From the NCBI GenBank assembly GCA_009103225.1, contig RHPI01001037.1, positions 372,001 to 436,000 on the forward strand: a stretch of DNA of 64,000 bases. Direction: 5' to 3'. The position numbers were made by a program, and so were the translations under genes. Positions 49,506 through 60,200 of this stretch are shown here, one piece after another. The notes under the pieces are model-generated. The model was not told the origin of the DNA, did not search any database, and saw only the letters and a list, made by a program, of their open reading frames with translations. The DNA is from Chlorokybus atmophyticus. Its lineage: Eukaryota > Plantae > Mesostigma and Chlorokybus algae. Positions within the stretch are counted from its first letter, which is position 1; each line of letters opens with the position of its first letter.

Positions 49506-52500
49506 CTACACTACTTTATCTTGTTTGGCCGCCGCTGGTCGCCGTCTGCGGCGCCGCTTGCCCCCGTGCTTCTTGCCAGGCTTTGGTGGTAATGTGCTGT
49601 CGATCCGCCTTGCGCGTGCAAATAGTGCTTCAGCTGTGGGCTTGTCGCCATGGGAGTTCTCCAGCACACCCCACTCGGTCAATATGGCTGCATTCTCTGG
49701 CTGCAGATGCACAGCCTTCTGCAGCAAGCGCCGGGCGGCCGACAAGTCTCCAGCCTTGCGCTCAAGGTGTGCCGCTGCCTGTAGGCAATGCACACTCTCG
49801 GGATCAGCTGCCAGTCCCTGCGAAAACAGCTCCCGCGCTTGCACATAGTTGCCTGTGTCTGCCTCGAGCCGACCCCACGCTTGCCATGATGGCGCATTGG
49901 CGGGGTCAATGGTGACGCTGCGCTTGAACAACTCCCTCGCAGCCTCAGCGTTGCCAACAGCGGCTTCAGCAACCGCCCAAGCATGCAGTATATAACAATT
50001 GTTTGGTTTGGCGTCCAGCCCTTGCTGAAACAGCTGGCGCGCTCGTGCAATGTCACCACAGCGAGCTTCCATGCGGCCCCAAGATTGCCACACACGAGCA
50101 TCTGTAGGTGCAACCCTAGCACAGCGCCGGAACAGCTCCCTTGCGCGGTCCAGGTCACCTTCTGAAGCCTCCAGGTCTGCCCAAGCGTGTAACACCACAA
50201 CATTACTGGGCTCCAATGCAGATGCGCGCTGCAGGAGTTCCCGCGGGGACACGTTTGGGCTCTTGCATCTGCGCGCTGTAGCAGCCCAAGCACTCAGCAC
50301 AGTTACAACCTCGTGCGGATTCGAGCGCACACCCGCCACCCCGCGAAAGGCAATGGCTGCATTCAGTGCCTCCTCCATCAGGCGGGCCGCAGTGCTGTGG
50401 TTTCCCAGGTGCGACTCCATGATTGCCCAAGACTTAGTGGCAGCGGAGCAGCCTCCAAGATCATTGCTGGCGCGAAATGCTCTGGTCGCCTTGTTGAAAA
50501 GAGCTCGAGCCTTGACGAAGTCATTGGAGCGGCGCTCGAGTGTTGCCCATTGTGTCAAGGCCTGCCCGTCGAGTGGAAACAGCTGCACGCAGTGATCCAG
50601 TGTGTCTCTTGCCCTGTCAACTTGGCCCGCCAAGTAAAGTATCCTGGCTTTCTGGCGGAGTTCAGTCGCGTCAGGTGCACTGGTGCTGGTGCCCTGATTG
50701 GTAGCATCATCATCCTCAATTCGTGAATCCTCCTCCTCATCAACACCTATGTACACTGGGGAGGCAGCAAGGTCCACTTCAATGGGGCGTTCAGCAACAT
50801 CTGGAGACTGCCAAATCTCTTCCAGCTGCGCAAAGTCGTCTGAAGCAACTTCTGCAACTGACGTGACTTGTGCGGCAGATTCGGCATGCACAGTTTGGTC
50901 AAGACCCTGCATGCGGCGCCCTAGCCGCTGGCGATAAGTGCGGTCGACATCAGGAAGCTTTCGCAGAACCCCAACCTGCATGACGTCCCAGAATTAACTT
51001 GAGACAAGTGGCCTGGGTTCTACCGATGCTACTCCAGGCCTCTGACTGCAAATCGCTTGATATGTTACCTGCCGGCGGAAGTTGTAAAACTCCTCCCAAT
51101 TCACCGTGCCATCACTGTTTGCATCAACCTGGTCAAAGCGAGAATAACCATGAGCATGCTGCAGGCTGCAGCTAGCCAGCATGTCAACTTGGAAAAGACA
51201 ACAACAAGACCAGGCAAGCCATAAAGATCGGAGACTTTCCATTGAAAAACAAACAGACACAAAGCATAACCATCTCAGTCCATCTCAGTCGAGGATATGA
51301 TGTGATACAATATGACATGAATTTTCTGTCACACTTTCACAACACAAACCCCTACCAGCTGCATCAGCTGTGCAGCATCCGCGGACTGGTCATCAGAGCT
51401 GCCGCCAGAGCTAAGCTCTGCCATCACCTCCCTGAACTCGCCGAGGGAAATGACCCCATCCCCATTCTTGTCGAACAACCGGAACATCTGATCCGCAAGA
51501 TGCTCCTCCAACCCGCGCGCTGAGTCAGTCTGCTAACAGCACAGAGTGTCAGGAACCAGGAAGCGCAACAATGCCACACAAGCACAGTCCACAAGCAGAC
51601 AAGACCTGTGCCAAGCTCCTGCTCCTCGACGCAGCAACTTCTGCAGCAAACTCTGACAGAACCCTCAGTCGCTGTGCCTGTTACAAGCAACTAGCATCAG
51701 TACAGTGTGCAACCTCAGTGCAACACAACAATCAGGGCTTCTTCAGACACTCAACGCCAATACCAAACACAAACCTGTTCAGGGTCCAGCATAGCCTTGT
51801 AGGCAGAATGGGCAGCTGCCCCACCTTCTGCCAGGGAGTCCATAGCTTCTGTGCGCACTTGCAGCTCCATCAGTGTCTCGTCCACAGTTATAGTGGAATG
51901 CAAGCTCTGGTATCCATTGCGCTTTGGTCTAGCAATGTAATCTTTCGACCGCGCTGGCTCAGGAGGCCATGTGGCATGGGCGATATCCTGTACCCTATAA
52001 CAGGCCTCGATACCCGCTGCCTCATGGTCTGTGTTTGTTGAGGCACATGGCTTGAGTGTCACGCGAATACCCAGCCTATCATACACCTCATCTGGCTGTT
52101 TGCCTCTGTGAGACATACCACTTGAGTCATTGCATCAACATGACAAGTTATGAGATACAGCTCTCGTCCACAAACATACCTGAGCAGCTTCTTCATTGTG
52201 CTCAGCAAGCTTTTGCAGCGGGCACGCACTGAAAACGACTCAACCTGCTGAATTGTGTAAGTATAGTGTAGTATATACTGCACCAGTTGAAAGCATTCAC
52301 TGAAAATAACTCAGCAAACCCAACATACCAGCTCGCCTAGTACAGGATCTTGCGCAATCAATGTCTCCAGCTGCTGCCTGGTATCCTCGAGCAAGAGTCT
52401 ATGATGTGAAGCATCCGCATCATACCACTCCTTCAGGGAAGCATAGGACTCGGGAAACAGCACCTTCAAAGCTGCATCCTCCAGATCTGGGATGAACTCC

Positions 52501-54270
52501 AAGGTTCCTAGTGCATGCGCTAGCGGTGCATACACTTGTATGGTTTCCAAGGCTGCGATCTGCTGCCTGTACAATGGCAGCAAATGCACATGCCGCATGG
52601 TATCCACCCTAGCTGCGAGCTCCACCCACACAGCGCGAACTGCAATGCAACCCTATATGAGGACAAAGCATACAATACGGCATAACCTGCTTTATTTGGC
52701 ATGACATCCGCGAACAAGTGTATGCGTACTGTCATGGAATGCAAGACAATAGTCTCGCAATGCTTGAGCGGCGTCATCATCATAGCTGTCCGCCCTTCTT
52801 GGAACATCTTTGACACGCAAGCTGTGACACATGAAGTGAGCAACCACACAAACACAACTACCTAATCTATGAACAACACGGCCTGCTTGTGTCAAGCAGT
52901 GTCACCTTTTGTATGGCAAGCACTGTACCTGTCATGCAAGAGTGCAGCAATATCAACCCCAACTCGCTGCTCCACAAGTGGCAGTGTAACAAGGCCGGTC
53001 TTTGCAGCCTCTAGCAGAACGCCTGTGGCTATGACAACCATGTCCATCTACGCACAAGACACTTGAAGTTGCTGGCCATAGTAGCACAGTGTCATGCACC
53101 ATGCCTCTTCGGCAGCGATGCAGGTGCATTTCCGTAAAACAGTGACTTCCAGGTTAGCCATACCTGCATATCAGCTAAGATGCCAGCAATTGCTAACGCT
53201 CGTGCAATGCGAGGTCGACCTCCTTCCAATGGTGGAGTTCCCTGCAATGTGTTGTAAGTTATCAAATTGCATACCACGCCAGTTGGTGTGAGTGAGAATG
53301 GCAACGAACCTGCAAAGCGGCAACCGCCAACTTGAGTGCCTCCAACAATGTCTGCACGCACAGGATATCAGTGTGAAACGTGAGAATAACTCACAAACCC
53401 TCAAGCACACTGATTGAGATTAACACAACTTCACAGCGGCTGCGACAAACCAGTAATTTCCATTCACAGAACCAAGCGACCACCAAGTGCTCACAGGAAA
53501 GGGTGCATAATATCAACATGTACTAGTGCTTCGAGGACAATTTGTTGACATGCAAGGATGCAAGTTAACAAGAGCACTGATAGATGGCCATTGTCACAGT
53601 AGTTACGGATAGTTATGCACCTGTGCAGCTGGACCATAGTGGTGCTCTGGAGACAATCGGGACATAAGCTCATCCCATGCTCCGACAAGCTCCATGACGC
53701 GCTGCCCGCCTGGCGCCAAGCCATCCTGCCCACCAGCTTGAACGAGTGCCGATCCGCCCTCATCTGCAGTCCACCCGAAATCCAAACCTGACGACGACCC
53801 CAAACTCGATGACCGATTGGAGTCTATCCTTGTCGCAACAGCGTACACGGGAACAGCCCTAGCGACGGCCTGCCACAGTTGCCAATAGTTGTCAATGTCA
53901 AGATAACCGTCGCACGTTAGTCAAGACCAGCATATGATGACCCCGACCACACTAGCTGCCAATTGCCATGCCCTGGTATACATTAAGCACACAACATCTC
54001 TGCTTGATAGTGTGGTAAGAGCTCCCGCAAGCTTCTTGACAAGCAGTACACAAGGGCCGTCATCATGCAGAAGGCAAACCCTATATGCCCAATTGTTGGG
54101 CAACCCGCAAGGGAAGCAATTGAACAAGAGCTCACCTGCCGGACCTTTCCCCTACGAGCACTCTGCAGCTGCTGCTGTTGCGCCTGGCGTGGCAAGCAAG
54201 CAGTGTCCACCAGCGCGGTCCTCCACGCGGCGGTCACCCCAGACGTCGACGCCACCGCGCCCGCCACCAT
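49506..54270 (-). CDS. CRSH: Ca2+-activated RelA/SpoT homologue (CRSH: transit peptide, degenerate HD, synthetase, 2 EF-hands) with an in-frame C-terminal HAT/TPR repeat array
   Basis: ETIQVYAPLAHALG, RCKSLLSTMKKLLR, DRLGIRV, KDYIARPKRNGYQSLH, ELQVRT, then EF-hands DKNGDGVISLGE and DANSDGTVNWEE. A 93-nt phase-0 GT-AG intron (51068..50976) leads into ORF 49506..50981, which has about 10 W..WG.LE...G....AR.LF repeats. The CRSH identity is firm; the fusion depends on this splice. Confidence 0.85.
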
Positions 54271-55342
54271 GTTACGAACTCCAGTGCACCAATACCCGCA
54301 TCCACAAAACAGAGCGCCACGGCAACCCCCAGATCCAACGCCGTAACCTACTCCCACACCACGACTACCACAGCAACGCCTGCGACGACATTTTGCCGCC
54401 GTAGCTAACTCTTAACCCAACTCGTTCATCACAAACTTGGCTGTACTTGATATCCATTGATTTTTTCTACATAAAGCCGGCAGACATGCAGATATCTAGG
54501 CTTCTTGGTTGAAGCCCGCTTAACCGCGTCGCATCAATAGATGCACACTTCTATTGGCTCCCAGCACAGATCTTCCGTGAAGCGTGCACCAGGCGTTTGC
54601 AGCGCGGGTGTGCGGAGGGAACCGACGACCAAACCACCTGTGTGCAAGACCCGCTGCAGTCAAGGTGTTTCAGTAGTGCTGCCAGCAGCAATGTGGCTGC
54701 TGCAAGACCGTTAGATGTGGGAGCAAAAATCCAATGGCCAAGCTGCTTGGATCTCCGCGGCCCATCGCTGTCGTGGCACTCGGGACGTGCTACCATTGAT
54801 ATCACTCAGCCGCGCCTGAGATTCAGATTCTGCCCCGCCGTTTCAGTAAGCTGCCCGCGCCCGCCCGATCCAGATTGCAGCAGCAGGATCCCCTCGAACC
54901 CGTTCGTATGTCAATCACAGCCTCTGGGCCTGTTCAGGCAACCGGTCATTGACACCTCCCGAGTGGGTCACGACAACAAGATGAGTTGGCGGAGCCGGTT
55001 GGGCGTCACGCCAGCTTGTGGCGGGCCGGTGGCGCCACTGGCGGCTCTGCTAAAAGTTAACTTGACATGAGCAGCGTGATGTCCGGTGTCAATGGCCGCA
55101 TCCGCGTGCGCTCACACAGAATGTTGTGCTCAGTGTCGCGCAGTGCAGATATCCACTGGCGTGCGCACTGGGGACGCTTGTCATGTCGCCCGACAGGCCA
55201 GTGGTGTAGTGAGCGGCGACGCCGGCGGAGCCATCCGTGCAAGGCTGGTGGATGACATGCTGCGGGCGGCGTTGCAGATGAGCTAGGGTTTGCCCTTCAA
55301 TAGGCCTAGAGGTCCGCGTCATTCCATTGCTGGTTTTCAAGC

Positions 55343-57647
55343 ATGGGGGCGACGACGCAGCCGCTGGCGGCGGCCAGGAGCTTCATGCTGTCGTTGGGGT
55401 TGGTGGTGTGCCTGACCTCGGCGCTGTCGGGCTGCACAGCGGCGGAGTCGACAAACAGCGAGTCGCCGGAGGCGGCGGCATCATGGGGTATGCCCCCGGA
55501 CGCATTCAACGCGAGCCTGCACAGGGCGCTGACGGAGGAGGACGCGTGGACGGAGCTCAAGGCGATGGCGCAGCGGCGGGCGTCTGCGCCGAAGGACGGC
55601 AATCTACTGGTGGTCGCCTTCACAGACTTTTCACTTTCGGACGCAGTGAACACCATCAACTGGGTTCAGGCCGTAGAGGCTGTCAATGTCACCAACTGGC
55701 TGGTCCTCTCCTTTGACCGCGCCGCCACTGATGGCCTTGCCGCCCGCAATGTCCCTGTCGCCAAAATCTCAGGCCTTCTTCGCAAGTACGTATGATGCCT
55801 TCGTACATGATCATGCCTTGGAAACAGATTGCGCACTGCATGCTTCGGCATTTGACATGCAGTGTACAATTTGCGTCGAAATGTCATCTGGTCCAGCATG
55901 GATGTGCGCGTAAGGCGGTGCCAGACATGGCCATAGCTGGCTTATGGTCACATTCGATTAAGCATGCATGACATGTACCTACATATAAATATGGTTTATA
56001 TATGATTCAACAGCTTCCGCTGAACCACTCCCCGCTGTCAATAGTCTCAGCGTTGTTGTATGCGACCTTTAGTTGCAAACCGCCTGTGAACTCGTGCGTG
56101 CATGACATGTACCTGTGCATAAGTACGCTTTGACAGCTTGAACTACTTCTTGTTGTTGATAGTCTCAGCATTGTTGTATGCAATTTTCAGTTGCAAACCT
56201 CCTGTGAATTGTTCGGCTGTGGAGCGCTATGCGGAGAAGATGCACGTGCGGTTCAAGGTAATTTACAACCTGCTGGTTTGGGGTTATCGAGTGGTGGTGT
56301 CGGATACGGGAGCGGTGTGGCGAAGCCCGAGGACGCTGGAGTACCTTACTGAACACGGCACACCAGTAGACATTGCCGGGCAGAGAGACCTTACGGAGCC
56401 CGCGGATGTCACAGCCCTTGACATGGGCCTCATTTTCTTCAACACAACACCGGCCGCCAAGCGCCTCACCCTCGCCGCCATGGATAATGCTCCCGCCGCC
56501 TCCGCTGCCGCTTGTGACAGGGATATCCATTGCCTGGAGCAGGCTGCATTCAAGGCCACACTGCAGAATGTCCACATTGACTGGGCGGTATGCACATGTC
56601 TGGTTTGCAGTTCATTGTGCATGTGCGATGTAGTTAGTTTGCTCGTTGGGTTTGTGATCATGCGTGGCGAGCAGGTATATGAGGATCATAGGCAGCTGCA
56701 TGTGTTGAGCTATGACACTGTGCTGGGCGATGCCGTAATTCCTACAAGTATACCCGAGCAGCAGATTGCGCTTCGTGTGGCCCTTTTGCCAAATTATCGC
56801 ATGCGGGATGTCTCACGGTCAGTACCAATCATGTTGCTCGGTTGGCAAGTGTCTTTATTCAAGAGTTAGAGTCAACTAACAATTCATCTACCATACAGGT
56901 CCACATTTGCAGCAGCGTCTGCAGAGATTGCAAGTCTTCCTTCGCCATCAACAGACCTAGAAGAGTGCGCCGGAACAGCGCGGAGTTTTGAAGATCTGAT
57001 GGCGTGCATTTACCCAGGCTATGACCCCGAGCGTGATGCGCCTCCCGGGGCTCGTACGGGCATCCACCGCTGCACCGCTGCTGTTGTCCACTGCACTGGA
57101 AGGGTCAGTTTCGTGCTGTTGCATAGAGGGAGTACTCATGCATCATCACTTGTGCTGCACAAGAGATCTCAGTTAATAGATAATGCTAGTGGTTCAAGTG
57201 CATAGTCGTTTAGCTCATGTTAACATGGCTGACAGTTCGTTCACCTCCATCCTGACTCAACCGCTAAGTGTTGGTGGATGCAGAGTTTGACAGTAGTTCT
57301 TACAACTCTTGATCTTGCAGGTGAGGGAGAAGTTCATGTGTCTGAGGTCGAACTACGCATGGGTGCTGAAGTCGGATTCGGGCCACCCGGTGGTGCCGCC
57401 ACCAGGACCGAACGGTGGCTACATCGACGAGGAGGGCTTCTCGGCGTGGCTTCACCAGTCGTGGAGCACCTTTGACTGGCGGCTACCAGATGACTACTTT
57501 GAATCCACCAGCCGCCCGCGCCTCCGCACCCCACTCGACACCCTGCTGGACCGTTTCCTGCCCAAGGGTCATGCACCCGCACCTGGCCCATCCGGCACGG
57601 CTATCAGCCCTACTGCGAGCAGCAGCAATACAACATCAACGCAGTGA
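55343..57647 (+). CDS. Nucleotide-diphospho-sugar transferase (GT77-like) type II membrane protein
   Basis: N-terminal signal anchor. VNVTNWLVLSFDRAATDGL, VRFKVIYNLLVWGYRVVVSDTGAVWRSP, LDMGLIFF, EQAAFK and VVHCTGR|VREKFMCLR follow the GT77 motif order. Confidence 0.7.
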
Positions 57648-59248
57648 GTTGATTGCCCTTCATTGTAGTTGTAGTATAGCCGCTTCTTGCTTATCTATGG
57701 CAATGCAGTTGTAGGATATGTTGGTAGAGTTTGCCGGTTGTTGATATATAGTGTATTGGTTTGAATGTGGGTTTGTGGCCAATGGTTGTTGCGCTGCTGC
57801 AAAAAGGCGTACACTTTGCGCCTTCAGCATATGTGTTGCACATTTTCTGCATACATGCCATACTTGCAATACTGCAAGCATATTTCCTGAGGGTACTACC
57901 CCAACCACCACGTCACCAATGGTTATTGCATGCAACCACTTGCAGCGAGTCGAGGGTTGAGATTACTATCTAAGGTAGTGCTGCTTGCTGCATGGGCATG
58001 CTAGCAACATTAACAATGTACCAATAAAGGTTCAGGTGGTTGATGCAAGGGTCCTAAACACTTTTGATGAACACTTGTGCCCATAATTAAACCCCACCCC
58101 CCTTTGCCGGAGAGCCATGGCATAGGGTAGCACAACTATTGGCAGCATATCCTGTATATAGGGCCACAGAATATAGCAAGCAATTAAGTACAGAAAACAC
58201 AACCAACCAAGCCTGTAACGGGAAGGTACATTATATAACCACAAATCAACCATGAAAGCACCAAGTCTTTTATGGTCAAGCGGGCTGTGACAAAGCCAAC
58301 AACTTTGCTTGCACAAACATGTGCAACGGAATGTACATGCAAGAGTAATAATATAATAGGTAGGCAGGGTAGCAGGAAGAGGTAGATGAGGTAGGCCTTA
58401 CCAAACTAGCTACAGTGTAGCGGAGAAAACAGAGGTAAAGGTTGGGACGGCAGTGATAGGGACATGTAGACTGACGATGACATTAAAGGCATACGAAATG
58501 TAACTATTGCTCATTGAGTCGTCGACGTTTTATACAGCTCTATTATCGGTATGGTTAACATACGAACGTTGGCTGTCAGTGGTGCCACCATGCCTGATCA
58601 CACGCATCACACACAACCCCATGACACTTGCATGTTTTGGGATAAGCCTACCTATTGTGCAAATGTGGTGTGCAGTTGGATCCTTATTGTTTAATCATCT
58701 TGTGCTTTATCGTTGATGTTTGCACATGTGAACAGTGGTTGTGTTTCAGCACACGTACTACCAGAATATTAGCATTAGCAGCAAAGTATATACACATGTG
58801 TTCACAGATTATCCTTGTGTCATAACAACTTGATCACATAAGTTATTCGAGTTGTGTACATAGCATGGTCATACGATGTGGCATCACTCACTCATTACAA
58901 TTGCGTCTTATTGATAACGTTACCAAGTACTGTGTGTTCCCCTCCTTTTNNNNNNNNNNNNNNNNNNNNNNNNNNNNNNNNNNNNNNNNNNNNNNNNNNN
59001 NNNNNNNNNNNNNNNNNNNNNNNNNNNNNNNNNNNNNNNNNNNNNNNNNNNNNNNNNNNNNNNNNNNNNNNNNNNNNNNNNNNNNNNNNNNNNNNNNNNN
59101 NNNNNNNNNNNNNNNNNNNNNNNNNNNNNNNNNNNNNNNNNNNNNNNNNNNNNNNNNNNNNNNNNNNNNNNNNNNNNNNNNNNNNNNNNNNNNNNNNNNN
59201 NNNNNNNNNNNNNNNNNNNNNNNNNNNNNNNNNNNNNNNNNNNNNNNG

Positions 59249-59269
59249 GTAATCGGAGTAAATACGGTA
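59249..59269 (-). mobile_element. Single Tc1/mariner/pogo-like terminal sequence next to an assembly gap
   Basis: The reverse strand reads TA-CCGTATTTACTCCGATTACC, a typical TA-CCGTATTT terminus. The partner end is not visible and probably lies in the N gap. Confidence 0.35.
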
Positions 59270-60200
59270 TGTATATCAATCCTTAAAGTGCTATACACAT
59301 GCAACATGTTGCATAGTCACTGACTATTGTTAAGTGTGTTAACATCGTCATTTGCATGAATGTTATACGCATTGATTGACCAGTTGCTTCTAATGGTTGC
59401 AAATTAAGCATATATTAGAATATTTCATTTTAATATTGATATTGTCAACACGATCAATATTACTCGTATTAACAAATTTAAGGTTGACGTACATCCGAAG
59501 AAGGGTTATTAAAGTGATACAATGATTGCAAAGAAAATGCTTTGTAAAAGACTGCAAGGATATTTTTCTTCACGACCGCTGTCTGACAACCAACACTTGC
59601 ATTTCGTTACAAGGCTGCGAATTACACAAGACATTTTGATTACCCACACCATGCATGCTGCCACCGTACCATACCCCTTGTATATACCCACTAGCTGTGT
59701 TGCAACACATTGTGGCGCGTTCTTCTTTACTCACACGATACAAGCACCCTCCCATGTCTTATATTCCCGCAAACACCCGTGATGACCAATGCTGCAAAAA
59801 CTGTGTTTAAAGCTGCCATTACAAAGCACATTGCTCCATTTGCATATACCGCCTCTCATACACCTTCACCATGGCTTAGCACATAGTTGAACAACTTCAA
59901 ACGGCCTTGGTAGTCCCCACGGTCTGCTGTGTGAGGGATGTGCAACAAGTAATAGACATAATGTGGCGAAGTCAGCTGTATACACTATTCACCACCTCTC
60001 TTATGTGCTCCTTCTATACGAAGCGCAGAGCGGATATGATGAGAGGTATTCTCTTACTTGCATGCCATCGTTGTCGATGTAACAATCATGATAGATTGCT
60101 TGTCACAACCGCATCGTCACCAAGCTGTCAATATTCCATTCCACACTTTGCCAAACCATTGCATATTGGCGACAGTGTAATAACAAGCAGCGCTGTAAGC

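Noticed and set aside
49506-50981. HAT/TPR ORF as a stand-alone HCF107/Mbb1 gene
   Set aside because: Only 93 nt separate it from the CRSH EF-hand exon, that gap has canonical in-phase GT/AG ends, and the ORF has no transit peptide of its own. A fusion is more parsimonious, though RNA evidence is still needed.
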